Of a stretch of DNA of 32,000 bases, positions 10,463 to 22,565 are shown piece after piece (the stretch's first letter is position 1; the number at the start of each line of letters is the position of its first letter). The DNA comes from Candidatus Saccharimonadota bacterium (GTDB lineage: Bacteria; Patescibacteriota; Gracilibacteria; BD1-5; UBA2023), in NCBI GenBank assembly GCA_042852035.1, contig BAAFHK010000001.1:718308-750307 (forward strand), in the 5' to 3' direction. The notes below the pieces were generated by a model, which was not told the origin of the DNA, made no database searches, and was given only the letters and a program-made list of their open reading frames with translations. Both the position numbers and the translations under genes were made by a program.

Positions 10463-10942
10463 CTAGTCAGAGTGAATGGTGGAAAAGATGGTTTTTGCCC
10501 GGGCAGAATCGAGATTTCATTCTATGACAGCAATGCCATGGGAGAGTTTCGAATATGCCCGAGGGGTTTCTGGAGAAATAGTCTTATCGATTGATTCGAT
10601 ATCACCCTCCCTAAAATATGATACCTTAATATCTGTATTATTAGGCTTAGAGTCTGATCCTCTCACAGATACAACATCTTTCATGTTTGAGCTCGATGCA
10701 TCGTATACATCTCAAGCAATTGATCGGAATCAGTATCCATGTGTGCTACTCCAGTATGGAGGAGCAACTGAAGGTGGAGATGTTGATTCATTTGCTGATA
10801 CTTTTTCTGTCTGTTGTGGTGCATAAGATGAAAAACTATCCATCGATGCATATACAGATCAAAGCACGAGAAGTGTACCGATAGCGCTTACCCATTCATG
10901 AACATTATTTCACCCTGAAGACCGGTAAGAAGAAGATTTCAT
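10463..10942 (-). CDS. Hypothetical membrane-anchored or secreted protein (159 aa)
   Basis: ATG 10940-10942 to TAG 10463-10465. N-terminal hydrophobic segment: WVSAIGTLLVLGSVYA. AAAGG lies just upstream of the ATG, and a clean terminator lies downstream on the same strand. It competes with plus-strand track ORF 10476-10826. Confidence 0.55.
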
Positions 10943-11078
10943 ACCTTTACAAAAAGAGCAAAATAATTATAACATATTAAATTTAAAGAGTCAATATTTA
11001 TTTGATAAAATATAATATTGTCAAATTCAGTTTTGTGATTTCATTCGATTTTTCTCCATATTTTCCTATATTAAACGC

Positions 11079-12587
11079 ATGTCACTCAAACTCTACAATA
11101 CCCTTTCTCGAAAGATTGAAACTTTTAAACCTCTCAAGCAAGATGAAGTAAAGGTGTATTATTGTGGACCAACCCCTTATAATTATGCTCATATCGGAAA
11201 CCTGAGAAACTATCTCATGGATGATTTCATCGTACGGAGTCTAAGATTCCTTGGATACAAGGTAAAAACAACGATGAATATCACCGATATCGATGATAAA
11301 ACCATTCGAGATAGTCAGAAATCTGGAAAAAGCCTCCGAGATTTCACCGAATACTATACACATGAGTTCTTCCATGATTGCGCAAGACTTAGCATAATAC
11401 CCGCCGATAATATCAAACCCATCTCTGAACTTATAGATGATATGGGACTAATTATAAATGGTCTCATACAAAAGTGATATGCATACCTTGCTGATGATGG
11501 AAGTATATATTACAGTGTAACAAAATTTGAGAAGTATGGGAATCTTGCCCATCTCGACTTCAAGTGAATGATATCAAGTGTACGAATAGACAATGATGAA
11601 TATGACAAAGAGCAAGTTGCAGACTTCGCTCTGTGGAAAGCTTACGATAAAGAGGCTGATGGAGAGAATAAATGGAGCATATCGGTAAGTATTGATGGAA
11701 AAAGGCAAATAATCGAATGACGTCCTGGTTGGCATATCGAGTGTAGCGCTTGTAATAAGCATTTTTTCTGAGATCAGATTGATATACATATGGGCTGAGT
11801 TGATCTCATATTTCCTCACCATCAGAATGAGATTGCCCAGACTGAAGCATTTACAGGAAAGGAATTTTCGAAATATTGGCTCCACGGTGGACACCTCCTT
11901 GTAGATAATAAAAAAATGTCGAAAAGTGCGAATAACTTCTATACTCTTAGGGATATTCTAGAAAAGATGAAGTCCTGAGATGAAAAATTAGTGTGCCGAG
12001 GCTTCAGACTTATGTGACTTCAGAATAGCTACAGAGAAAATTTTAACTTTACTTACGAGAGGCTCACAAGCGCAATCAATACCATTCATGGAGTTGATGA
12101 GATGCTAAAAAGACTCTGAAGATATGTATGAAATTTCATACCGACTGAACAAGTGCGTAATAATCATGGAAAACTCAAGCACCCTGATATCTCTCGAGAA
12201 TTTCGAGATAATCAGCAATACTTCATGCAATTATTTATTGAGAAGCTCGAAGATGATTTCGATACAGTTTCAGCTATGACGGTAATATTCGAGTTTCAAA
12301 CCTATGTGAATAGTGGGATTGATACTGAGATATTTTCTTTTGAAGAGGCAAAATCTCTCATAGATATACTAAGAAGCTGGGATGAAGTACTCGCCATATT
12401 CGACTTTTCGCTCCTTGAAAATACTGAAATTATTCCTGAAGAAATTACAAAGCTCGCTCTCGATCGTGTGGATGCTAAAATTGCAAAGAATTGGTGAGAA
12501 GCCGATCGTATTCGTGATGAACTAAGCAGTAAATGATGGAAAATGATTGATGAAGCTGGTGGAAAGTGGCGAGTAGAAAAAGTATAA
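11079..12587 (+). CDS. cysS: Cysteinyl-tRNA synthetase (502 aa)
   Basis: ATG 11079 to TAA 12585-12587. Motifs: HIGN (HIGH), [34 protein letters not shown] count 11 in-frame TGA codons. TGA 11718-11720 and 11796-11798 fall at glycines that match my recalled E. coli CysRS sequence. Confidence 0.95.
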
Positions 12588-12627
12588 CTTTTCATACTAA
12601 TTATTTTTTTAATAAATTTATATATCT

Positions 12628-13110
12628 ATGGATAGTGAACCCGAATGAGAATGATGGAGAATCTGATATGTAGGGCATAAGGATTTTTCAACCGATGCAG
12701 TATTGCAATGAGTCAGTCTATTGAGATCTCAAGCACCTGAAGGATCACTCAAGATAATTGATCCACATCAGTTAAAGGATATTATACACGAGTTTTATGT
12801 AGTGATTATGCAAGGTGAATTTGTTGGTTGTTTTCGTATATTTCAACCAACATCATTGAAAGTCCATAATACACTCGAGCTTGGTTCCGTAGTTTCAGCA
12901 AAAAGATGAGTATGATGATTTATAGCCGAACAAGCATGACTCATATCATTAGAAAAAAAACTTCCCATTATTGCCGTCACTCGTTGAAGGTTCGCAAATA
13001 TACTCAAACATAGGTGATGGAAAATACGAAAACGTAAGTATAAACAAAGACGATCTGAGTCATGTAGCTCAAAAGTAATTCTTGAATTTAAGCCAAAATA
13101 TAAAAAATAG
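12628..13110 (+). CDS. GNAT-family N-acetyltransferase, ArgA C-terminal-like (160 aa), paralog 1
   Basis: ATG 12628 to TAG 13108-13110. Motifs: HEFYVVIMQGEFVGCFRIF, LELGSVVSAKRGVGG (acetyl-CoA-binding R-G-x-G-type motif), LPIIAVTRG, HRGWKI. The start codon is not certain. Confidence 0.6.
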
Positions 13111-13241
13111 TTGAAAAAATTAAAAAGTCCCATATATATAATTTTATGTCAATTTGAATCAATTTTACATCTCGTCGTCGTCGAAGTACTCTCATTTGAG
13201 GGTTATTTTCGGTCGTTGTGAGATAATCCTTACAAATATCG

Positions 13242-13277
13242 AAAACAGCTCTCAAATGAGAGCTGTTTTTATTTTTT
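13242..13277 (+). terminator. Strong rho-independent terminator between the two GNAT paralogs
   Basis: 12-bp stem aaaacagctctc (13242-13253) / gagagctgtttt (13258-13269), 4-nt loop, then tatttttt. Confidence 0.75.
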
Positions 13278-13732
13278 ATCCTTTCTTATTCTATGGGACG
13301 TACGAACTAACTATCGAGCACGCATGTGCCCGAAATCTTGATGAGATACTTACTCTCAGATCAAAAACTGATCCAAAAGATCTCAAGCCTATTTCTCCAG
13401 ATGAAATTGCATATAGAATTCACGAATTTTATACCGTTATCATGAATGGAGCAACCGTCTGATGTTTCCGAATTTTTACACCAGAAACAAATCCAGATGT
13501 ATTAGAACTCGGATCTGTAGTAAGCTCTCTAAGATGAACTGGGAGAATAATCGTTGGTTATTCTGAGGAATATGCTCAGCTTATGAAGAAAAGGATGATT
13601 GCCATAACGGGTGGGAAACTTGATTCCACACTAGAAAAGCAATGATGGAAAGTTGCAACAGACACATACAAAAAAAGAATGCAAGAATCTCTCGATGATA
13701 AAAAATGTTGGGAATACAGCAAAAATACATAA
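13256..13732 (+). CDS. GNAT-family N-acetyltransferase paralog 2 (about 158 aa; start uncertain)
   Basis: The frame runs to TAA 13730-13732. Motifs matching paralog 1: HEFYTVIMNGATVGCFRIF, LELGSVVSSLRGTGR, MIAITGG, KQGWKV. The only in-frame ATG upstream of the conserved core is 13256-13258, which straddles the terminator hairpin loop and the first base of its 3' arm. No ATG/GTG/TTG lies between the hairpin and the core. Confidence 0.55.
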
Positions 13733-13774
13733 TTTTCCCTCGATTTTTCTCTCTATTTCGCTATACTTCATGCT

Positions 13775-15496
13775 ATGAAAAATATAGAAACACTCATCTC
13801 TGAATCGCTCAAATCTCTCTATGGAGTAGATTTTTTTCCTGAAATCTCCCCTGCTCCCAAGCCTGAGCTCGGAGAATACTGTGTAAATATCTTCCCGATC
13901 GTGAAGCAAGTCGGAAAAGCTCCGAATATTATCTCCGAAGAAGTCGCGAAAGAACTCGCAAAACACTCTGATATATTCAAGAATACGAGTGCTACTGGTG
14001 GGTATGTAAACTTTTTTCTTTCCGATAGGGTTTGGATGGAGATATTTTCTAAGATTTGAGACTTAAATCAAAAAGATAAAAATGGAAAGAATGCGATTAT
14101 GGAGATTTTCTCTCTCAATGTAGGAAAACCCCTCCACATCGGACACCTCTGCCCTACTTCTACTGGACAAGCAATAGTCAATGTGCATCGTTATCTCTGA
14201 TGGAATATCATCGTAGATAATCATATGTGAGATTGGTGAAGCCTCTTCGGAAAGCTCATCGTATGATACCAGAAATACGGAAACGATAAAAAACTCCATT
14301 CTGATTGAGTGGAACACCTTCAAGAACTGTATGTACAGATTACTGCTGATATCGAAACGAATCCTGAAGTAGATGAAGAATGTAAAGAGGCTTTTCGTAA
14401 GCTATCAAAATGAGATAAGGAACTTATGGAACTCTGGTGAGAATTCACACGCACCTCGCTTGAAAAAGCAAACGCTGTAGTAGCAAAACTTCATGTCTAC
14501 AATGATGTAGCTATTGGTGAAGCTTTTTATGAATGACTCCCCCTTCCAAAAATCTGAGAACATCCTGATCTTGTATACAATATGGATAGTATAGTAGCTG
14601 AACTTATAGAAAAAAAAATTGCTACAAAAAATGAGGATGGTTCTGTAGGAATAGTATTTAGTGAAGAAACAAAGCTTCCGTCTACTATACTCGAAAAAAG
14701 AGATGGCACTCATGGCTATCTCGCAAGTGATCTCGCATGCGTGAAGTATCGTATGACTAACGGTTGGAATCCTGACAAAATATCAATAGGTACTGATGTT
14801 CGTCAAGCGCTACACTTTAAACAGGTATTTGCGACAGCAAAATTGGCATGATGGATACCTGAAGGTATTGAACTAATTCATGTTGGGAACGGATTTATCT
14901 CTCTTCCTGATGGGGCTATGAGTAGCAGAAAGGGGAATATTATTCGACTTGAGGATCTTATGGAAGAAGCTTTTGTGAGAACAAAAAAGATTCTGGAATC
15001 AAAATGAAGACAGCTCTCGGACAGCGATATACAAGAAATCGCTATAGGTGCTATCAAGTACTCTTATCTTATGCAAGATCGCGAAAGAAATATTGTATTT
15101 GACTGGGATAAGGCTCTGAATTTCGAAGGAAATAGTGGACCATACATCCAATATGCCTGTGTGCGAGCGAAAAAAATACTCAAAGATGTTTCTCTGGAAG
15201 CATTATCCGATGAACAAATGGAGCTCAGTTCTCATGATAAATCGCTCATCCAGATGCTTGCTCGATTCGATGAAGTAGTAGCAACCGTAGCTAAAACCTA
15301 TAAGCCTCATCATCTCGCTCTCTATGCCTATGACGTTGCTGTGGCATTTAACAGTTTCTATGTCCATACGCCGAAAATCCTCGAAGAAAAAGACGAAAAT
15401 ATCAGGAATTTCCGCCTCGCTCTCGTGAAAAAATCGAGTGAAACGATTGAAATCGCTTTTGATCTTCTCGGTATAAAAATGCCAAGTGAGATGTAG
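13775..15496 (+). CDS. argS: Arginyl-tRNA synthetase (573 aa)
   Basis: ATG 13775 to TAG 15494-15496. It joins track ORFs 13775-14059, 14582-14851 and 15071-15496 in one frame. Motifs: PLHIGHL, HM-G-DW-G-SLFG (TGA at 14228-14230 and 14237-14239 complete the conserved GDWG), MSSRKG, and a C-terminal anticodon-binding region. Confidence 0.95.
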
Positions 15497-15539
15497 AAAA
15501 TGAAAGGAGAAAACTTTTTCCCAAAGTCGTTTATCACTC

Positions 15540-15567
15540 TTGATATAACGATGATTATTACTATACT
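15540..15567 (+). promoter_or_regulatory. Sigma70-like promoter directly abutting the start codon (leaderless type)
   Basis: TTGATA (15540-15545), 16-nt spacer, TATACT (15562-15567), then 6 nt to ATG 15574. Confidence 0.45.
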
Positions 15568-15573
15568 TACATC

Positions 15574-17433
15574 ATGCGAATCAGTCTCGGCATCATTGCT
15601 GTAACACTTTCACTTACACTAGGGGTTTCTGCTCTTGAATACCCTTTTATAGATGTACCTCTTTGAAGTAATTCTTATCCATCAGTAAAATCCCTTTTTG
15701 ATAATGGGATTCTTTTCGATGATGCTTCTCACAAATTCAAGCCTGACGAGCCCCTTACTCGCGATGTCTTTGCCTGACTTACACTTGGATCATCGTGTAA
15801 TTTCTGTCTCAATCCAACCGTCGATGTTATCGCACAGTATCAGACTTCACCCTTCCCTGATGTAACTCCTGAATCACCCTATTATTATTGCATCTCTCAG
15901 GCAATAAAGAATTCGATAATATCGGTTTACCCCCCAGGACAAAATGGAAGCATTACTTGTGAAAATAATGAAACATATTCTAGTGCTGCTTACTGTAAGA
16001 ATAATAAAGTCACCCGAATTGAAGCTGTAAAATCCCTCTTGTTAGAATCAAAACTATGGAGTGATGAACTCAATAAGAAACCTGCAAAAAATATCACCAT
16101 CTCTGATATTGCTGACAGTGATTATGGATATGCAGAAAAAGCGGTACAAGTTTGAATTTTAAGCCTATCAAATGATGGGAAAGTATTCCCGAATGTTGCC
16201 ATAACACGCTGAGAATTTGCTTCTATGAGTGCAAAGATTTTTGATTTTAATCAATGCATACCTCCACAGAAACAGAATAAATCATGAAGTAGTATCAAAA
16301 TCTCAGATAATAATTGAACGGCCTATAAAGAAAGTACTGTCGGAAGTAATACAATCCTTACAGTAGAGTGAATCACTCCTGAAAGGGATACTATGACTTT
16401 CTCTTGGAAAGCAATTGATGGAATAACAAAAAAGGAATTAAACTTTAATGGATCAAGCTTTAAAACCGATGCACTTGGTGTGGGAGTATGGTTTATAAAA
16501 CTTACGGTTTTAAACAAAGAAAACAGCGAAAAAATGAGTGTCAACTCAATCACGCTCACTATATCAGATGGTACACAAGTTTCTGCTTGAAAAAATCTTT
16601 GACCAAATATTAGTGGAAATGCTATAAATAACATACTTTATCCTTCTCTCATCATAGACTCAACATCGAGTACCCTTTGAGCCGGATGAACCTTCTCATT
16701 CATAACTTATTGAAATTCAAGCGGATCACTCCGGTATGCTTGGGACTTTTGAGATGGTGCTCGGGTTCTTACAAGCTCAGGAAAAATAGACCATACTTAT
16801 ACTGTCCCTGGAACTTATGTTGCAAATGTTATTGCAACAGATTCCCTTGGAAGAAGTGCTGGCTGAAGTATAACAATTGTTGTGACTGGTAGTCTGGATT
16901 CAGATAACGATAGCATTCCTGATTCATCAGATATTTGTCCTCTAGTGAAGTGAAGTTCATCTGACTGATGTCCAAAAATCGAAACAAATCTTTATACTGC
17001 ATGAGCCTTTCTTATATGAAACAATTCGCAAAACAATAGCGCCTCATATAATTCTATGAATAATGCGGATGGAAATAGTAACAACGCATTCTCAAACTCT
17101 ATGCCTCAACTGGGATTATCAAGTACCGATACTGATAATGACGGTGTAGATGATTCACTTGATGCCTGTCCAACAAATCCATGAAATCCGTCTAATTGAT
17201 GATGTCCGCTTGTATGAAGCTTTCTGGGTAATATAGAAAAAAATGGATGCCTTATGGATCAGATAGGTCAACATTGAGGAATTATTATCGAGCCTATCTG
17301 CGAATCATGCCCATGCCCCACAAGTGTATCACTTGGAAACAATATCCGTCGTTGTGATATGGTTTTCCCAGCTATACTCTCAAAAGATCTATCAGAGATT
17401 TATTCTCGATGACCTCTTTACCAGATTCCATAA
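15574..17433 (+). CDS. Secreted mosaic surface protein (619 aa): two SLH-like domains, Ig/PKD domains, thrombospondin-type-3-like Ca-binding repeats and a Cys-rich C-terminus
   Basis: ATG 15574 to TAA 17431-17433, with every codon checked. Signal peptide: MRISLGIIAVTLSLTLGVSA. SLH-like: FIDVPLGSNSYPSVKSLFDNGILFDDASHKFKPDEPLTRDVFAGL and ISDIADSDYGYAEKAVQVGILSLSNDGKVFPNVAITRGEFASM. PKD: YAWDFGDGARVLTSSGKIDHTYTVPGTYVANVIATD. TSP3-like: DSDNDSIPDSSDICP and DTDNDGVDDSLDACP. Confidence 0.8.
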
Positions 17434-17434
17434 C

Positions 17435-18103
17435 ATGGATAATACGATTCATTTTAGAACAAGATTTACCCGTGAGAAATGAGTGGGAAGCGCTTCGCGA
17501 CATACATCAGGAAGATCTGCAGAAGCAAGTGAGATTCGTATTATGGGTGATAATGATGATGCGCGCGATATCGTATGGAAGAAATCAACAGGAATAAATA
17601 CCTACACGAGAAGCCGGCTTATAAATCCTTCTATTGACGTCACTGTTGTATATCATCGAGGAATATACGATACAATCAAAGAAAAATACGTTAAACAAAT
17701 CTGAAAATATATTGAACACTCCTGTTTATGAAATGGTGATACCTACTCTTATGAGGAAATAACCGGGAGCCCATCGGAACATAGTCCATTTAAGAAGAAA
17801 AATCATTTAATTTTTATCGTTAGTTCGAGTGTATCAAAAGAAGATTACATCGAACTTGGGAAACTATTTCCTTGAAATGATGTTATTTTTATATTATTAT
17901 TTCAACCTATTGAGCTTGAACCAGGATGATTGAGTATCTTTGAGTCACGAATTCCAAATAAGCGATATTACACAGAGATTCAGAAAAGAATTCAAGAGAT
18001 TCAGAAAATAATTCATTCATCTCAAAAAAGTAATATTCTCGTAAGAACGAATGATAATATAGTGATTAAACTTAATCATTTTTTCAAGTATCGATATGGA
18101 TAA
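17435..18103 (+). CDS. Short DUF58-like protein (222 aa)
   Basis: ATG 17435, 1 nt after the previous stop, to TAA 18101-18103. The motif HTSGRSAEASEIRIMGDNDDARDIVWKKST resembles the DUF58 signature (G..S...G.s.ef...R.Y..GD..r.IdWk) as I recall it. Confidence 0.55.
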
Positions 18104-19196
18104 AGAGCTTCTTGCGTATGCCTTTCTTTTGCAGGTTGGGTATACCCATAAAGAACTCAAAGATCTCCTTATAAATAATAATACATCTCTTTCAGCATAT
18201 GAACTCTGGAAGAACACAAAAGACTGAATCTTTCCTTCTTTAAATGTTTGAAGAATTGAAAAAATAGAAGAAAAAATAAAGAAGATATCTGAAGCAGATA
18301 TTGAAGAACTATTAAAAAATCTCTCTGTCGAAATAATTACTCAGAAAGATTCTCGATATCCAAAAAATCTATGCTCCATTCATCATGCTCCAGCATTTTT
18401 TTATATGAGAGGAAAGATTGCTGCTCAAAAGAGGTATATTTGAGTTGTTTGATCGCGTAAACATACTCACTATGCAAAAGAAACTCTTATAAAGATTCTT
18501 CCACAAATCATACAATCAGGTATTGGAATCGTGAGTGGATGAGCTACCTGAGTTGATACTCTTGGTCATGAAATATGTATAGATGAAGGATGAGACACTC
18601 TTGTTGTACTCTGAACCGGTATTGATATTTGCTATCCATCAAGGAATAGAGAACTCTTTGAGAAAGTAGTCAGTTCTGGTTCTGCAATTATTTCGCACTT
18701 CCCTCTATGAATTTGACCTGAACCATACAATTTCCCCATAAGAAATGAGCTCGTTGCCGCAATTTCTATAGGCATCATTATTCCTGAAGCAGGACTTTCA
18801 TCTGGAACTCTCATAACTGCACAGCTTGCTCTCGAGCATGGGAGAGATGTATTTGCGATACCTTGAGATATATTTCGTACAACAAGTGAATGAACTAATA
18901 TGCTTATAGCTTCTGGTCAAGCAAAATGCGTCAGGTGTAGTGGAGATATTCTTGAAGAATATTTTGAAGTAAAAAATATCGGATCAGGAATGTCTCCGAT
19001 AGTTAAAGCTCCGCCAGTTTTTTCCAACGATATCGAAAAACAGATCTACGAAGCTATCATGAATTGATTCACTTCTATCGATGAACTTCTCTGAGAAACC
19101 TGACTTGATACGATTCTCCTTCTTTCGCATACATCACTTCTGGAGGTGCAGGGCCATATAAAACTCGACGAAATGGGAAGATATCGAGTAAACTAA
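18096..19196 (+). CDS. dprA: DNA processing protein A (366 aa)
   Basis: ATG 18096 overlaps the upstream stop (ATGGATAA); the gene ends at TAA 19194-19196. Motifs: IGVVGSRKHTHYA, GIGIVSGGATGVDTLGHE, TLVVLGTGIDICYPSRN, FPIRNELVAAIS, SGTLITAQLALEHGRDVFAIPGDI. Confidence 0.9.
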
Positions 19197-19256
19197 AATG
19201 TGAAATTGAGAATTCAAAATAAATCAATAAGATGTATCTATCTTATTTTTTTGATT

Positions 19257-19733
19257 ATGAAATCTGTTGTACGAGCGTTTCTTTTTAATCCTGATGGAGA
19301 TATTCTCTTAGCAAAACATAAACCAGATGCTCCTTGGGTGCTCCCAGGCGGTCATGTAGAAAATGAGGAATCTCTCCATGAAGCCATGATGAGAGAGCTT
19401 TCTGAAGAATTCGGAATCGAAGCCCGCTTCTTCGAGATTGATAGCGAAGAAGAACTTCATCACAAAGGGAAGAAGCTTCCGATGAACCCTCTTCCAATTG
19501 CCTCGTATAATCTTTCTTATAAAAATACTGAATGAAAAGATAAATCTCGAACAGAATATATATTTCTGATGGAAACCGATGTGCCTGTAAAGAACATACA
19601 ATGAGAAGAAATCGCAGCATATGAGTGGTTTGAGCCAGAAAAAATCCTCTCTATGAAACCAAATATTGATACTTGGGATTTTTATCAAGAAATCCTCGAA
19701 AAAATCATCGGAGATGAAGAGCTCTGAGAATAA
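19257..19733 (+). CDS. Nudix hydrolase (158 aa)
   Basis: ATG 19257 to TAA 19731-19733. Nudix box: GGHVENEESLHEAMMRELSEEFGI. Confidence 0.85.
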
Positions 19734-19756
19734 TTTAGTAAAAGAATCTATCCAAA

Positions 19757-20755
19757 ATGCATCACAAAATCAAAGAGGCTCTATCAAAATATAAAAGCAT
19801 TATCCTTGTTGGATGATGAACTGGCGGACATATTCAACCAATATTAAATATTCTCCCTGAACTCAATGAAAAAAACCTCCTTTGGATAGGAGGAAAAGAC
19901 TCAAATGAAAGCAGAGAAGCAACTCAGGTTCAGGTAGAATTCGAATCCATTCCCACATTAAAACTCGCAACCACATTCTCACCAAAAATTTTCCTCTACC
20001 CTATATATCTCTGGAAATGATTCCTCGAAGCAAAAAAAATACTTAAGAAATATAGAAGCGATACTTGTTTATTTTCAAAAGGATGACCTTGATCAGTTGC
20101 AGTGGGTATTGCAGCTTGGAGCCTTAAAATTCCCATTTATATCCATGAGTCTGATACCATCCCAGGAAGATCAAATCTCATTCTCTCAAAATTTGCCACT
20201 AAAATTTTTCTTGGATTTCAGAGCTCAATAAAATACTTTCCCAAAGAGAAATCCGAATTTACATGACAAATCCTTCATAGCACATTCTATACCAAAAAGG
20301 ATATTCAATGAACCATTCATTGGAAAACACAAAAGACTCATATTTTGGTCATTTGCTGAAGTCAGTGAGCGAAGACTGTCTTTGAGTCAATTATTAAGCA
20401 ATTTCCATGAATTACCGATTTTGAGTGGATTATCTCGCTCGGGAAGTTGAATGCCCATATGAAGAGTGATTTTGAAAAAATGAACTCTACACAATCATTC
20501 GATTGGATAGGACAAGAAAATATTGCTTCTCTCTTAAGGGAAACTGATATTGCCATAACTCGTGGTAGCGCTACAACCCTCGCAGAAATAGATGCCTTCT
20601 CAGTAAAAAAAATCATTATTCCACTCCCCTCTTCCGCTCGGAATCACCAATTATTTAATGCAAAAGAATATGAAAAAAAAGGTGATATTGTCCTAGAACA
20701 AAAAGATATCACTCTCCTTAAGGTAATAATAGAAAAACTATGTCAAAGAAAATAG
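19757..20755 (+). CDS. murG: UDP-GlcNAc:undecaprenyl-PP-MurNAc-pentapeptide GlcNAc transferase (332 aa)
   Basis: ATG 19757 to TAG 20753-20755. The motif VG-G-G-TGGHIQP has TGA TGA at 19814-19819. Other motifs: IPIYIHESDTIPGRSN, ICGSQGA, ITRGSATTLAEI. Confidence 0.9.
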
Positions 20756-22533
20756 ATACTTCAAAGTATACAAATCTTGATGTGCTCAAGCATGTATATA
20801 TCCACTGAAGCTCTCAGACTCGATCAAAATGGAAGATTCTTACGGTTCTTTTTCTTTTCTATATTGCTTGTACTGTCTCAGAGCCTTTTGTTTATCAACA
20901 AATTATTGATCTCATCATCAAGAATACTGGAGATTTTCGATCACTATTTTTCAATAAAATTCTCTATTTTATTGCTTTTTGGTGATTTATAGTTGTTGGA
21001 GGAATTCTTTCTTTTGCAGCATTTCAATACACTATTTGGAAATACCTTAATCTCGATAGCGGAAAACTCGCCCTCTACCTTGCTAGACAATTTCTCATGC
21101 TTCCTATAGATGTCCATGGTTCACTCTGAACCAATGAAATTCAGAAAACGTTTGATAGAACTGCAAATGGACAATGGGAAGTAGCAAATGCCTTATGAAA
21201 CCGCCTTTCATTTCCTGTGGTCATATTCATTTGTATGGTAGCCTTGTGATTCTATACAGATATCTACATGACTATTGTATGCCTTATACCTCTTCCATTT
21301 GGAATATGGTGGCTCGGAAAGACAGGGTCAAAGCTCTCGTGGGAACAAAGCGATGCCAATAACCTCTGGGACAATACACTTCATCGTATCAGTGATGCTC
21401 TCATAAATATAAGAATTATAAAACTTTTTGCACGAAAAGATTACGAGCTTAAAATCATAAAAAACGTTTACGATAAAGCTATTCATAAGCAGCTTATTGT
21501 AAACAATGGATGGGCCGTTACAGAATCAGCATCAGAATGATTCCAACTTATCGTAAAAATTTTTGTATTTTCAATAGGAGCATACCAGGCATGACTTGGT
21601 CGGATAAGCATAGGTGAGCTCATCCTCTTCCTTGTAATTATATGACGTATATATGGACCAATAATGAATATACTCTACGTCTATAGAGATCTCATAAAAA
21701 ACATGGCCAATTACAAGAAATGACTTGCCCTGCTTGATATTTATTCAGAAAAGGATCTTGGGAATGAAGTCTTCAAATGAATCAAGAAATCCCTTCTTTT
21801 CAAGGATATTACATTCTCTTATCCTAATACTTCTCGTAAGGTTCTGAAATGAATTCATATAGAAATAAAAAAGTGAGAAAAGGTGGCACTTATTGGTCAT
21901 ACTGGAAGTGGAAAATCTACGATAGTACAACTTCTTATGAGATTTTATAACAGTACTCATGGGAGTATATTCGTTGATGGAAATAATATCGAAGATTTTA
22001 CTCTTGAAAGTTATCGTCAGAAATTCGCATCAGTATTCCAAGACACAACTCTCTTTAATGAATCAATTCGTCATAATCTCGAATATGTAAGGAGTGATAT
22101 TACGGAAAAAGAATTAAAAAAAGCAGCCAAGGAAGCAAATATCCTCGAATTTATAGAGTCACTTCCAGAAAAATGGGATACGGAAGTTTGAGAAAGAGGA
22201 CTTAAGCTCTCAGGAGGAGAAAAGCAACGTATCGCTATAGCTCGAGCTATTTTAGCGGATCCTGAGATACTTATCCTCGATGAAGCAACAAGTGCTCTCG
22301 ATACAGAAACTGAGAGACTCATTCAAAGTTCTCTTGAGCAACTTATGAAATGACGCACTTCTATCATTATCGCCCATAGACTTTCAACCATTCAGTATGT
22401 TGACCGAATTTATATGCTCGAAAAGGGTGAAGTAATCGCAAACGGGAACCATAACGAACTCATGAAATCAAGCGAAAAATATCGCCACCTTATCGAACTC
22501 CAACATAATGGATTCATCGAAGATGAAAAATAG
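20740..22533 (+). CDS. ABC exporter, fused permease and ATPase, MsbA-like (597 aa)
   Basis: ATG 20740 overlaps the murG 3' end by 16 nt; the gene ends at TAG 22531-22533, with every codon checked. Walker A: GHTGSGKST. Signature: [14 protein letters not shown]. Walker B: [13 protein letters not shown]-loop: IIAHRL. The N-terminal half contains multiple TM helices. Confidence 0.9.
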
Positions 22534-22565
22534 ATATGCCTCACTAACCAACCAAAACTTCTCAC

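Noticed and set aside
10476-10826. Track ORF of 116 aa on the plus strand (also 10687-10884).
   Set aside because: The minus strand has a longer table-25 ORF (10463-10942) with an N-terminal hydrophobic anchor, an upstream AAAGG, and a clean terminator with a U-tract on the same strand (10413-10445). The plus-strand product has no such signals. This call is moderate confidence only.
13154-13255. N-terminal extension of GNAT paralog 2 from the TTG start at 13154 given in the track.
   Set aside because: The extension would read straight through a 12-bp-stem terminator. It encodes low-complexity sequence (SSSSKYSHLRVIFGRCEII) with no counterpart in paralog 1.
15500-15610. Small 36-codon ORF (MKGENFF...) between argS and the SLH/PKD gene.
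   Set aside because: It overlaps the promoter and the start of the 619-aa gene in another frame. It has no supporting signals and is probably a chance ORF.
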